A DNA stretch of 64,000 nucleotides from Octopus sinensis (GCF_006345805.1 NC_043013.1:50840001-50904000); one strand, 5' to 3'. Positions 46,110 through 60,526 are shown, counted from the first letter of the stretch. Made by a program: numbers and translations. The notes: generated by a model not told the origin, from the sequence alone.

Positions 46110-47129
46110 TAATATATATATATATGTATATATGTATATGTAATATGTATATTTATATATATATTATATATGTATATATATGTGTAACATGTATATATGT
46201 ATATATATATATAGTATGTATATATATTTATGTATGTATGTATATATATATAATATATATATCTATATATATATATATAATATATATATATTATATATAT
46301 ATAATATATATGTATAATATATATGTATTATATATGTATATATATTATATATATATGTATATATGTTATAATATGTGTATATGTCATATATGTATATATA
46401 TATATGTATATATATGTTATATGTATGTATATATATATATATATATAGATATATATATATAGATATATATATATGTATAGATATATGTATATATATATGT
46501 ATATATATGTATATATATATGTATATAATGTATGTATATGTATATAATATGTATATCTATATGTATATATATATGTATATATATGTATGTATATGTATAT
46601 ATATATGTATATATATGTATGTATAATGTATATATATGTATGATATATATATATATATGTATGTATATATGTATATATATATATGTATATATATATGTAT
46701 GTATATATGTATGTATGTATGTATCATCATCATTGTTTAGCGTTCGCTTTCCATGCTAGCATGTTGGACGGTTCGACCGGGGATCTGGGAAGCCAGAAGG
46801 CTGCACCAGCCCCAGTCTGATCTGGCAATGTTTTCTACTGCTGATGCCCTTCCTAACGCCAACCACTCCATGAGTGTAGTGGGTGCTTTTTACATGCCAC
46901 CGGCACGGAAGCCAGTCAGGGCGGTACTTGCAACAGCCACGTTCGGATGGTTCTCTTATGTGCGACCAGCATCTGATATCACAGCGACATTTCCATTCAT
47001 GTTGATCAATTTTGATTTTTGATTTTTTCATTTTTTGATTTTTGATTTTTCACTCCTCAACAGTTCTTCACAAGTAGGGTTTTGTGTCCCAAGAAGGAAG
47101 GTATGCATAAATGGACTGAAGCATGTATG

Positions 47130-47161
<32 letters not shown>

Positions 47162-48031
47162 TGTAGGTATATATATATTGTATGTATATATATATATATA
47201 TTATATGTATCTATATATGTATATATATATGTAATATATGTATATATATATGTATATATATATGTATATATATGTATGTATATGTATATATAATGTATAT
47301 ATATGTGTATATGTATATATGTATATACTATATATATGTATATATATGTATATTATGTATGTATATATATTATATATATATATATATATTATATATATAT
47401 AATATATATGTATAATATATATGTATTATATATGTATATATATTATATATATATGTATATATATATGTATATATATATGTATATGTATAGATATATGTAA
47501 TATATATGTATGTAGATATGGTATATATATTATGTATATATATATTATATGTATGTTATATTGTATATATATATATGATATGTTATATATATATGTTTAT
47601 GTATATATGTATGTATGTATGTATCATCATCATTGTTTAGCGTTCGCTTTCCATGCTAGCATGGGTTGGACGGTTCGACCGGGGATCTGGGAAGCCAGAA
47701 GGCTGCACCAGGCCCAGTCTGATCTGGCAATGTTTCTACGGCTGGATGCCCTTCCTAACGCCAACCACTCCATGAGTGTAGTGGGTGCTTTTTACATTCC
47801 ACCGGCACGGAAGCCAGTCAGGGCGGTACTGGCAACAGCCACGTTCGGATGGTTCTCTTATGTGCGACCAGCACTGATATCACAGCGACAATTTCCATTC
47901 ATGTTGATCAATTTTGATTTTTGATTTTTTCATTTTTTGATTTTTTGATTTTCACTTGCCTCAACAGGTCTTCACAAGTAGGGTTTTGTGTCCCAAGAAG
48001 GAAAGGTATGCATAAATGGACTGAAGCCATG

Positions 48032-48078
<47 letters not shown>

Positions 48079-48199
48079 GTATGTATATATTATATATATA
48101 TGTATATAATATGTATGTATATATATATATATGTATGTAATATATGTATGTATAGTATATATGTATGTATATATATATGTATATATGTATGATTTATAT

Positions 48200-48248
<49 letters not shown>

Positions 48249-48410
48249 ATATATATATGTATGTATTTATATATATGTATGTATATATGTATGATATATA
48301 TTATATATATTGTAGTATATATAATATATATATATAATATGTATGTATATATATATATATGTTATGTATATATTATATATGTAGATATATATTTATACAG
48401 ATGTATGAGA
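46110..48410. repeat. ~900-bp tandem duplication of (TA/TG)-rich tract + SINE family C (minus copies 46724-47122 and 47624-48028)
   Basis: Both the SINE and the microsatellite variant pattern are repeated; the copies differ mostly by 1-2-bp indels. Confidence 0.85.
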
Positions 48411-48444
48411 TATTTATAGAGATGGAGAGAGAGAGGGAGAGAGA

Positions 48445-48479
<35 letters not shown>

Positions 48480-48904
48480 AGTACATGGAACTAATTTCTT
48501 TCCTCCATTTAATCTCTATGTTCCTAACTGATTGAAAGATTAGTAACAGTGCCTCCTCCCACCTTCCCCAACACAGGTGACTTTTATTTAAATATTGTGT
48601 GTTTTCAGAAGTTTTAAATATTTCCATGTCCGCATCATAAAAGTATAGACACACTGCGTTCATAAATTTACTCCTCGTTTAAGATAACAAGACTTGTGTA
48701 CGTACATACATGTACACGTACATACATGTACACATACATACATATATACACATATATACACATACATTTTTGAATCAATCTATCACCAAATTTTTTTTTG
48801 TTAAAATATAAATTTGACACTAATTGCTTCCTAATTATTCATAATGAATTTATTTTGTGCGTATGTGTATGCTGTCTGTGTGTTTGTATGTGTGTAACTC
48901 TATT

Positions 48905-49225
48905 TTTACTCTTTCACTTGTTACAGTCATTTGACCATGGCCATGCTGGAATACTGCCTTTAGTTGAATAATTCGACCCCAGGACTTATTCTTTGTAATC
49001 TTAGTACTTATTCTGTTGGTCGATTTTGCCGAACCGTTTAGTTACAAGAACATAATCACACCAACATGGGTTATCAGGCGATGGTGGGGGGGACAAACAC
49101 ATACATATATACGTAAATATACGACGGGCTTCTTTCAGTTTCCGTCTACCAAATCCACTCACATGGCTTTGGCTGGCCTAAGGCTATAGTAGAAGACACT
49201 TACCCAAGATACCATGCAGTGAGAC
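48905..49225 (-). mobile_element. SINE family A
   Basis: Reverse complement of the family A 3' end and middle. Confidence 0.8.
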
Positions 49226-49392
49226 TGTGGGTGCATCCATGTGTATGTGTGTGTCAGTACACACAGACACACACATGCACACACACACATAACCTACTGA
49301 AGAAATATTTCCACTCTATAAATCTATAAATGTATGAACCCATAGTAATATGTGTGTGTGTGTATGTATATATATATATATATATATACGTA

Positions 49393-49619
49393 CATGGTGG
49401 CCCAAATGTAGGTTTACCGTTATTCAATTATCTCTTTCTCATTTATATATTAACAGTTTAAATCTTAATTATAAAAAAATATGAAACCATTATTCTATGC
49501 TAATTTAGTTAATTTTGTCAAGTTCCCTTTTCAGTTTGTAAGATAGAAATTTAAATGTAATAAAATGTTTTAAAAGAAATTTAAGGTACCTATATGAAAC
49601 CTACTTTTGGGCTACTCTG
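49393..49619. mobile_element. Tc1/mariner-type MITE
   Basis: TA|CATGGTGGCCCAAATGTAGGTTT ... AAACCTACTTTTGGGCTACTCTG|TA (19/23 TIR match). Confidence 0.75.
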
Positions 49620-49627
49620 TATATATA

Positions 49628-50630
49628 TCATCATCATTGTCCTCTAAAGTCTGCTTTCCATGCTGGCATGGGTTGGACGGTTTGACTAGGGGGCTGGCAA
49701 GCCCGAAGGTTGCACCAGGCTCCAATCAGATCTGGCAAAGTTTCTACAGCTGGATGCCCTTCCTTAATGCCAACCACTCCGAGAGTGTAGTGGGTGCTTT
49801 TATGTGCCACCAGCAAGAGGGCCAGTCAGACAGTACAGGCATTGGCCATGCTCAAATGGTGCTGTTTACTTGCCACCGGCACGGGAGCCTGTCAGGCAGC
49901 ACGGGAACCTGTCAGGCAGCACTGGCAACGACCACATTCGAGTGGAGTTTTTGACGTACCACTGGTGCAGGAGCACATACCATGTACCTCTTCTACAGCA
50001 TGACACATGTTTCTGTCTCTCCTCCAATTCCATCTCCTCTCTGAAAGGATCTTTGTCTTGCAACTTAGTTGGTGACCCTGCCATTTCTGGTGCCATGTAG
50101 AAAAAGCATCACATCCACACTGTACAGTGGTTGGCATTTGGAAGGGCATCCAGCTGTAAAAACCATGTCAAAACTGACCTTGCTTGTGTTGGTGCCACAT
50201 AAAAAAGCAGTGAGCCTATACTAGGTGAGCTGGCAGAAACGTTAGCACGCCGGGCGAAATGCGTAGCTGTATTTTGCCTGCCGTTACGTTCTGAGTTCAA
50301 ACTCCGCCGAGGTTGACTTTGCCTTTCATCCTTTCGGGATCGATAAATTAAGTACCAGTTACGCACTGGGGTCAATATAATCGACTTAATCCGTTTGTCT
50401 GTCCTTGTTTGTCCCCTCTGTGTTTAGCCCCTTGTGGGTAGTAAAGAAATATATACTGCGTTGTGGTTGGTGTTAGAAAGGGCACCCAGTTGTAAAAACC
50501 ATGCCAAAACAGACACAGATATCTGGTGTGCTTTTCTGCCTGGCCAGCTCCTGTTTAGCTCCTGTCCAACCCATGCCAGCATAGAAGGTGGACATTAAAC
50601 AATAATGATGATGATGATGATGATGATAAT
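49628..50630. mobile_element. cluster of SINE family C (-,+,+) and family B (+, 50222-50450) copies
   Basis: Family motifs as described above. Confidence 0.75.
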
Positions 50631-51273
50631 GATCACACACACACACACACACACACACAACACATCTGTGCGCACATGCAAACTGCTGTCACAGTGGGTC
50701 ATCTGTTTATTTAAAATTTCTTGACAGTTGGAAGCTACTTGTGTTTATCACGGTCTCCATCACTGACCCCTGACATCACGTACACCACTGACAACACCAA
50801 ACACTGACAGGACATACATCATTGACCTCTTGACCACCTGTCTTCAGCTCTATCGATTCCACCTTATATTTCTCTGAGATGATACTAATTTTATAAGAGA
50901 CTCTACTGAAATGTAAAGATTACACAGGTCAGCATGTTAAGTTGAAACTAAATTTAGTTTAATGGAAATCTCTCTCTCTCTTCGCTTTTGCTCTCTCTCT
51001 CTCCCTCTTTGTGTCTTTCTCTCTTTGTCTGGCTCTATCTATGTCTCTATCTGTCTGTCCGTCTGTCTATCTCTGTCTCTCTTTTTCTGTTTTCTTTTTT
51101 TCCGTCTGTGTGTGTATGTGTCTCTCTCTCCTCTCTGCCCCTTTATTTGTCTGTCTGTCTGTCTCTGCTTGTTTCTGCATATGTGTCTCTTCCTCTCCAT
51201 ATTTGTATTTCTCTTTATTTCTCTGCTTCTTTTCTTGTCTCTTCTCCTCTCTCTCTCTCTCTCTCTTACTCTC

Positions 51274-51373
51274 NNNNNNNNNNNNNNNNNNNNNNNNNNN
51301 NNNNNNNNNNNNNNNNNNNNNNNNNNNNNNNNNNNNNNNNNNNNNNNNNNNNNNNNNNNNNNNNNNNNNNNNN
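51274..51373. other. assembly gap (100 N)
   Basis: Run of N; sequence across it cannot be assumed contiguous. Confidence 1.
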
Positions 51374-52580
51374 CTGATAACCATTTGATGGCTCATCACA
51401 GCACCAATCCTTATTTATAGTAACTCTGCTCTGGGACAAACCAATGTCATCATTTCCATCATGTATGTTTTCTTTTCAACATGGTTTCTACAACTGCTTG
51501 TCATTCCTAATGACTTACTTTACAGAGTGTACTGGCTGCATTTTATCATATTACAGTTAACAAGATAAGATAAAAAAATATCCAGAAAGAAAACTACAGG
51601 GTATAACAATAATAATTTTGTTTTTCAAAAGTTGTGCTTTATGTAATTTGAATTACTTTATTACCAACACATGGTCTGATAGTGGAACAAACAGTGAAAA
51701 CACATCATCTGGTTTAATATGCCTTTTAGCCTAAGTATAAATCATACGTACCTAGAATTTTCTTAGACATATTTATAAAAAACATATCTTAACCAATTCC
51801 AAGTACCACAGATCATTTAATGAAAACACCATCAAGGTCAGTTATAACTGTACAAACATGTCAGCATCATAATATATGTTTTGAATTATCTGAAGAATAA
51901 AGCACTTGGGAAATTGAGTGTAACTGCATGAATAAATAGATATACTCACACATGCTAATGGTAAATGATTAATGAAAGCAATTATGTACTAAACAAAGGT
52001 AAAATTTCAAGGATACAAAAATGTATATAAGTATGAACGAAAGTAGTTTTTAAAAATGTCTTTTCAACACTAAATCTACATTCAGAAATGACGCAAAGAA
52101 GAATGATACTGTCTTATCCAGGTATGGAGACAAAAAGATAGTTATGGGAACATGAAAGAATGTTGAGTTGACTATTTTGATATATGTTTCTCACTCATTG
52201 AAAATAGCACATCCTACATCACTTGAACAAAGTAATGCCAACTTTGTATTACAGAGAAATACCATATATAAAAAAAATACATAAAGAAAACGAACAGGCA
52301 ATCAAAAATATATATTTTAAACAGGAAGTGATAATATATAACTGCCATCATATAAATGAATTTTATAGTGAATTAGAACCTGAATGATCAATTGGATATA
52401 AACAAGAAAAGTAACAACACATTTAAAGTGAGCTACCTTGTATCAAAGAACACCAGTGATAATTCTCTTCACATATAAATACTTTCATTGTTCGTATACT
52501 GTCTGATGATTGTCATTCCAACAAAAAATTTGAAGCAACAGGAAAGTAGTCAGCACTCCCCATTTCATATGTATATATAT

Positions 52581-52643
<63 letters not shown>

Positions 52644-52644
52644 T

Positions 52645-53022
52645 ATCATCATCATCATCATCATCGTTTAACGTCTGTTCTCCATGCTAGCATGGCTTGG
52701 ACGGTTCGACCGGGGTCTGGGAAGCCAGGAGGCTGCACCAGGCTCCAGTCTGGTCTGGCAGTGTTTCTACAGCTGGATGCCCTTCCTAATGCCAACCACT
52801 CCGTGAGTGTAGTGGGTGCTCTTTACGGGCCACCAGCACAGATGCCAGGGGAAGCTGGCAGCGGCCACGATCAGTTGGTGCTTTTTATGTGTCACCGGCA
52901 CAGAAGCCAGTCAAGGTGGCGCTGGCATCAGCCACGTTCGGATAGTGCTTTTTACGTGCCACTGGCACAGGTATCACAACTACAATTTCCTTTTGATATT
53001 TATTTTGATGTTGATGTACTTG
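52645..53022 (-). mobile_element. SINE family C
   Basis: (CAT)n-CGTTTAACGTC...CTACAGCTGGATGCCCTTCCTAATGCCAACCACTCC... Confidence 0.85.
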
Positions 53023-54020
53023 ACGCATATATATGTATGTATATGTACTCACAGACACTAGTATATATATGTGTATATATATGTGTTTGTGTGTGTATGC
53101 ATGCACAGGCATACTAATATACTAATGTACAAATTTGTACACACATAAATATATAATGCAAACGGGTTTATGTGTTGGTGTGCTGAATACAGTTGTTGAA
53201 TAAATAAATAGCAGAGGTGTCCACATTAGCTGGTGTATAGAACGTAGCATTAGAATATTAGATTAGACTCCGAGACAGAGAGACAGACTCGGCTCACATC
53301 ATGTCAGTGAGTCTGTGACACCCTCCAAGACAGAGATTATCTACAACAGAGATAATCTAACAACATTGTTGCTGCCCTCCTATAATTCACTGTCAAAACT
53401 AATTACACACAATTACAAAATGATACTTCCCCCCTCTCTCTCTCTCTCTCTCTCACTCTCTCTCTTTCTTCTCTCTCTTCCTCCTCCCTTTTTCCTTTTC
53501 TTTTCTCTTTCCTCTCTATTCTTCTCTCTGTTTCATCGTTTCATCTCTCATATCTTCATTCTTTTACTTAGTTACAATCACTGCTTTCTTCTTCTTCTTC
53601 TTCTTCTTCTTCTTCTTCTTTCTTCTTCTTCTTCTCCTTCTTCTCCTTCTTCTTCTTCTTCTTCTTCTTCTCCTTCTTCCACACTCCTTTTCTTCTCTCC
53701 CTCTTTCATCTTCTTCTATTTCCTTCTTCTTCTTCTTCTTCTTCTTCTTCTCCTTCTCCTCCTCCTTCCAATTATCCTCCTTCTCCTCCTCTCTCATTTC
53801 TTTTCCAGAATATTCTTGAATAATAATGATTCTGCTAGCAATGTACTTCTATGTGTGTGGTGTGTGTGTGTGTGTATATTCACACACGAGATAGTGTGAG
53901 AGCGGTTGCTGTAAGAGTGAGGTAGATCCGACCACCCTCATTAATGGGGACAAACCAAAATTCAAAATATCAGAATACTGGAATTTTATTATTATTATTA
54001 TTATTATTGTTGTTGTTGTT

Positions 54021-54275
54021 GTGAGGGTGCATGGCCTGGTGTTTAGGGTGTTGCACTTGTGATCGTGAGATTGTGGTTTCAATTCCTTGACTGGGTGGTT
54101 CATTGTGTTCTTGAGCAAAAAGCACTTCATCTCGTGTTGCTCTGTGATCTCTTTGACACCTGACACATGGTACACTGTGCACCTGTCCAGGTAACATTAA
54201 TTTGATGGAGGGGGCAAGCTAATATACAGCACATACAGTTGATCATGAAAAACAGATCATTCCACAAAAGTCCAT
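54021..54275 (+). mobile_element. SINE family D
   Basis: tRNA-like head GAGGGTGCATGGCCTGGTGTTTAGGGTGTTGCACTTGTGATCGTGAGATTGTGGTTTCAATTCC. Confidence 0.8.
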
Positions 54276-54324
54276 CAACATTACTATTATTATTATTATT
54301 ATTATTACTATTATTATTATTATT

Positions 54325-54820
54325 ATTGAGTGAGAGAGCAGTGCATGCCATCAAAGTGACACAGGAGTAAAATATACGAAGCCCAGTATACCCATCATGA
54401 CTACCCATCTGATAAGGGTACACCAGGCACATGCATCACAACCATATGTGCACAACATGGTGATCTCATATCAAGATTAACAGTGCATGACCTTGCAGGT
54501 GGGGGCCCAATTAGAATTTTCTTCAGGTCAAGCTGCCCATCCCACTCAAAAGGTCCCTGGATAAGGATTGTTTAAGGATGTTGTATGAAACACCCATGTT
54601 TCCGGAGGTGAATTATTTAAACCCCAAAGAATTCCTCTCAACACATGGCTATGATGCTCCCCCACTACTTCTGCTCGTGATCAGAGGCGCACATATCTTC
54701 AGCCACTAAGGGACATGCTCAGCTGGTTAAGGTCAAACAACTGACAAGCAAATCTGTGGTATTGAGCAGAATATTTGCTGTAGCCCATTTTTTATACCAA
54801 GACCATCATCATTGTTATTA

Positions 54821-54876
<56 letters not shown>

Positions 54877-54985
54877 GAGTGAGAGAGCAGTGCATGCCAT
54901 CAAAGTGGAGTAAAATATACAAGGCTACACCAAGCACATGCATCACAACCATATGTGCACAATATGGTGATCTCATATCAAGATA
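54325..54985 (-). mobile_element. two LINE-like family E 3' fragments
   Basis: Reverse complements of 32634-33142, each starting after (ATT)n-GAGTGAGAGAGCAGTGCATG. Confidence 0.7.
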
Positions 54986-55620
54986 GACAAGATATATAAA
55001 CTGGTGCTGTGTTCAATGTTGTGTGTTCCAGTTGACCCGATCAACGGAACAGCCTGCTTGTGAAATTAATGTGCAAGTGGCTGAGTACTCCATGGACATG
55101 TGTGCCCTTAATGTAGTTCTCAGGGAGACTCAGTATGACAGAACGTGATAAGGTAGGCCCTTTGAATTACAGGTACAACACACACACACACACACACACA
55201 ATTACATCTATGTTGTGTGTGTGTGTGTATATATAAATATTTATGTATACACATACATATGTTCATACACATATATATATGTGTGTGTGAAAGTATATAT
55301 GTACAAAAGAAGGAAACGAGCACCCAGTACATGATATAGAGTATATCTTTATTGGAAAACTGTCAAAGAATTCATTCCGTCATTACAAAGAGTTTCACAG
55401 TGTCTCGCATGTGAGCTTTGAGACAATAGACATATGTGGATGTATACACACACACGCATATATACATACATACACACACTTATATACTGCTCACTATTAC
55501 ACACGTTAATATATACAGTCTAATATATATATATATATGTATATATATATGTATATATATATATGTATATATATATATATGTATATATATATGTATATAT
55601 ATATATGTATATATATGTAT

Positions 55621-55660
<40 letters not shown>

Positions 55661-55661
55661 G

Positions 55662-55710
<49 letters not shown>

Positions 55711-56184
55711 GTATATATATATGTATATATATATGTTTAGAAAGCTTCAAAAATTCTTAATACTTTTGGAGTTGAAGAATACAGATGATGCTATATACAT
55801 GCATTTCTGCATGTGCATGTGTGTATGCACACACATGCATATATGTCATCATCAACATCATCATCATCATCATCAAATGCCCATGTTTCATGCTGCCATA
55901 TCAATGCATGTGTATATCTATATGTGTGTGTGTGTGGGTGGCTGTGAGTGTTATGTTGTATTTTTTTCACATTGCCTGGTTCAAACATGTGAGATGGATT
56001 TCAAATTTTGTACTCACTACTTCTGACAAATGTATGTTTTTGTCGTTTTATATTCAAAAGATTACACAAAGATTCTTTCAAATGGAAAGGGTTTTTTTTT
56101 TCTCAAATATGTGAAATATATGTATATGTCTATGTGCATTTATATACATATATCTGTTTATGTATATGTATTCATATACATATG

Positions 56185-56220
<36 letters not shown>

Positions 56221-56538
56221 AGAAAATATACACAGGTATATATACATGTGTGTATTGTGTAGCTAATATTTATACACATGCATATATATGCATATATGTG
56301 CATGTATATATATATATATATATATATATACACTCACATACACACACTCATACATATATGTCTGTATATTTGTACATATACAATCTCGAATAATGTGGGC
56401 ACATACATCATAAGTATATATATACATATATATATATACTTATGATGTATATATATATATATATATATACACACCTGTGTGAAGTATGTATCTGTATATA
56501 TACATACATACATACATATATGCCTGTATATGTATATG

Positions 56539-56569
<31 letters not shown>

Positions 56570-56586
56570 GTACATATATATATATG

Positions 56587-56641
<55 letters not shown>

Positions 56642-57637
56642 ACAATCTTGAGTAATGTAGCCACATAGATCACAAGTGTGTGTGTATATAGTTCGTTTTT
56701 GTTGTTTCAGCTCAGAGCAGTGGCCATATATATATATATATATATATACACACTTGCATATATGCACTCATGTATCTGCTGCACATGCATTCGGCATAAT
56801 TTTGAATCTTCTAACATTACAACACTCTCTCTGAACGTATATGCATTTGTATATACAAACGTGTGCACGCTGTGAGCAAAGTGCACATTTGTATCGTATA
56901 TGTACCTATATGAATATGCATATCTGCATGCATGTATGTCTGTCTTCGTGTCCACCACAAATCTTTATGTATTTATCCCCACAAATATTGCTATCACCAA
57001 ACCAGAAAGGCCTGGAAATCTAAAGCAGTGTCTCTGAGTAATGTTTGATAGATCTTTCTCTGTATCGTTGTACCATTGTGATATTGTATCTTTTCTGTGT
57101 AGTTTCTTGCTGATGAGGATGAGAACACTTTGGCGGCAGACCTTTAGTGTTTGTTGTTAGTTCTGTGAAGCTGCATATTTCATTTTTATTGGTGTTTCTT
57201 TTAAATTTTTGTCAGAACTTCTAAACCTGAGAAAGTGCTCCTTTATCACATGACATGTAAAATATATATATATACATGCATACATACATGTATGCATTTA
57301 TGGACATGAACTCATATAATCTTACACATATATACATACATACATGCATGTATGCATGGACACAAACTCATATATGCACATACATACAAGCATACATACA
57401 TACATGCATAGACACAAACTCATATACGCACATACATATTTACATACATGCATGCATGGACACAAACTCATATATGCACAACACATACATGCATATATAC
57501 ATACATCATGCACACATTCATACATGCATAGATACAAACTCATATGCACACACATGCATACATGTATGCATGCATGGATGGACACAAACTCAAATATGCA
57601 CTTACATACATACATACACACACACATGCATACATTC

Positions 57638-57895
57638 ATCATCATCATCATCTAACGTCTGCTTTCCATGCTGGCATGGGTTGGACGGTTTGACTGAGAA
57701 CTGGCAAGCCAGGAGGCTGCGTCATGCTCCAATCTGATCTGGCAGAGTTTCTACAGCTGGATGCCCGTCCTAATGCCAACCACTCCAAGAGTGTAGAGGG
57801 TGCTTTGTACATGCCACTAGCAAGGGGGCCAGTCAGATGGCACTGGCATCGACCATGCTCGAATGATGCTTTTTATGTGTCACAGGCACCAACTA
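57638..57895 (-). mobile_element. SINE family C
   Basis: (CAT)n-CTAACGTCTGCTTTCCATGCTGGCATGGGTTGGACGG... Confidence 0.8.
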
Positions 57896-57976
57896 CAGAC
57901 ATACATACATAAATACATACATATATGTATAGACACACACACTTATATATATGCACACACATACATACATGCATAC

Positions 57977-58017
<41 letters not shown>

Positions 58018-58023
58018 TGCATA

Positions 58024-58065
<42 letters not shown>

Positions 58066-58359
58066 TGCATATATGTATGTTTGTATATATCTTTACATAA
58101 TTAATTTAATTTAGGAAAAAAGAATCCAAATTTATATTATGTACATTTCTGTAAAACGAATTTTATTTATTCTATATTATATACAAAGTTATGCAACACC
58201 TACAGATGCACACATGCATACGTCAATGTCACCAGCCTACTTCCACATGTGCATACATGCTCACGCATATACATGCATGACACCTTCGTTTTGGGATCAC
58301 CATTATTTTATTATCTCCCCTTCTTCCTAGCTTTCCTATGTCACCCTTCTGTCCGGTAT

Positions 58360-58552
58360 TCGCCATGATAGATCACTAGCCACTAAACCTTTTTCTATTT
58401 TCTTTCCCTGTTTATTTCCATGTTCCTTTCTGTTGAAGAGCGTAGGCTCAAAATGTAAAAGATTTTCTCACTTCCCAAACATTAAACTAATACATGTTTT
58501 GTTGTTTCCACACCCGTCTTCGTCTTTTGTTTTTTTGTAAATTCTCACTATA
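58360..58552 (+). mobile_element. probable Penelope-like terminal fragment with decayed hammerhead-like motif (58426-58461)
   Basis: Homologous to 20990-21200; CTTT-CTGTTGA-A-GAGCGTAGGCTC-AAAAT-GTA-AAAG. Confidence 0.5.
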
Positions 58553-58926
58553 TGCAATAATATCATCGTAACTTCATCTCCTTATCAGTTGATTGGTATT
58601 CTAATCAGGATGTCTGAAGAAGTGACTGAACTACAATGTTATTACATGTGTGGCTTATATTGCATGACTTTGTATGTTATAGGGAATACATAAAATTCAT
58701 TTACAGAAACGTGCGTAACATAAATTTGGCTTCTGTTTTACTCAAATCTAATTACTTAATTGTAATCCTTGCCCTGGAAGGATTATAATATGCTTACTGG
58801 ATATGCATACGGTAGATTTGAAAAGTACTCCTTTTATCATTAATTGAAATATAATGTAGATTAATTGTTTTTTGGTACTTGCACCATAAATTAACTCTAG
58901 GTAGGTTTCTCTGAAATAAAACTGGG

Positions 58927-59312
58927 TGCAGGAGTGACTTGCTAACCAGCCACATGGTTCCGGGTTCAGTCCCACTGCGTGGCATCTTGGGCAAGTGTCT
59001 TCTGCTATAGCCCCGGGCCGACCAATGCCTTGTGAGTGGATTTGGTAGACGGAAACTGAAAGAAGCCTGTCGTATATTTGTATATATATATATATATGTG
59101 TGTGTGTTTGTGTTTGTTCCCCTAGCATTGCTTGACAACCGATGCTGGTGTGTTTACGTCCCCGTCACTTAGTGGTTCGGCAAAAAGAGACCGATAGAAT
59201 AAGTACTGGGCTTACAAAAAGAATAAGTCCCGGGGTCGATTTGCTCGACTAAAGGCGGTGCTCCAGGATGGCCGCAGTCAAATGACTGAAACAAGTAAAA
59301 GAGTAAAAGAGA
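58927..59312 (+). mobile_element. SINE family A
   Basis: B box GGTTCAGTCCC and canonical 3' end. Confidence 0.88.
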
Positions 59313-59692
59313 GTATTCATCTACCTCAAGCAATCCTTATTGCGGATTGTCAGTATTTTGCTTCTTTTGGTTATACGCTTTCATTATTTGCTTCTTTGAC
59401 AGAAATTCAGGGAAGAACGGAGACAGACCATGTGACTTTTTATAGGTTGGAAGCTCAAGAGTGGCTACAAAGAGATGTGCATAAACTCATTAAGTTAAAC
59501 ATTTATGGGACACGAGGCAGGGCAAACTACTTTGTATAAGGGGAACAATAGAGCAGCCACCAGAGAAATGGAAGATTGGTTGAATAGTTGCAACAGAAAT
59601 TGTCTGAGATGGTTGTTAGGTAGGAATATATCTGGGAAGAGTGTGACTATTGGTAAGGAAGCACTTGAGTGCTATCAGAGTGAGCTTTGAGA

Positions 59693-59735
<43 letters not shown>

Positions 59736-60236
59736 GTGTGTTTGTATGTTATGTGCGCATACACACACACACACACAAACACACATATACACTCATATAT
59801 ACATGCATACATATATATGTATATATACACACATATATAGAAATAAATGCACACGCATATATATATATTTGCATAGAAAAAAGAATATATATATATATAC
59901 ATATGATGTCTGTGTGTATTCATATGAATGTATGTATTTATAAATATATATATATGCATATATATTTCTATACATACATATGAGTGTCCTTCTCTCCCCC
60001 CCTCTCTCTCTCTCAGTATATATATATATATATAAATTGGGAAATGGATGCATGGCGTTCAATCAAATAATAATATAAATAATATGTATATACGCATATA
60101 TATATATTATTTATATTATATATATATATATGCATACATGCGCGAATACATGTAAATACATTCATTCATGCATACATATATATATATGTATATATATATA
60201 TATGTATGTATTTGTATATGTCTTTGCATGTATCTA

Positions 60237-60273
<37 letters not shown>

Positions 60274-60377
60274 GTATTTTACGTTTAGAATCTTGTGCAT
60301 CACTTCAGCTTCTACTTAAGACTTCTCACCTTGTGCAATAATCTTTCAATACTTTTTCTCTTCTGTTTGTTCCCCTC

Positions 60378-60526
60378 CACCACCACCACCACCGACAACC
60401 ACCACCACCACCACCGACAACCACCACCACCACCACCGACAACCACCACCACCACCACCACCGACAACCACCACCACCACCACCGACAACCACCACCACC
60501 ACCACCACCGACAACCACCACCACCA
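60378..60526. repeat. (ACC)n-GACA minisatellite (~19-25-bp units)
   Basis: CCACCACC...CGACAA repeated six times. Confidence 0.85.

Noticed and set aside
58606-58650. CTGAAGA-AGTGACT-GAAC motif
   Set aside because: GAAA incomplete and helix I/III out of register.
59258-59690. Overlapping plus ORFs in unique sequence
   Set aside because: The first begins inside a SINE tail; no motifs recognised; possibly a decayed TE but unsupported.
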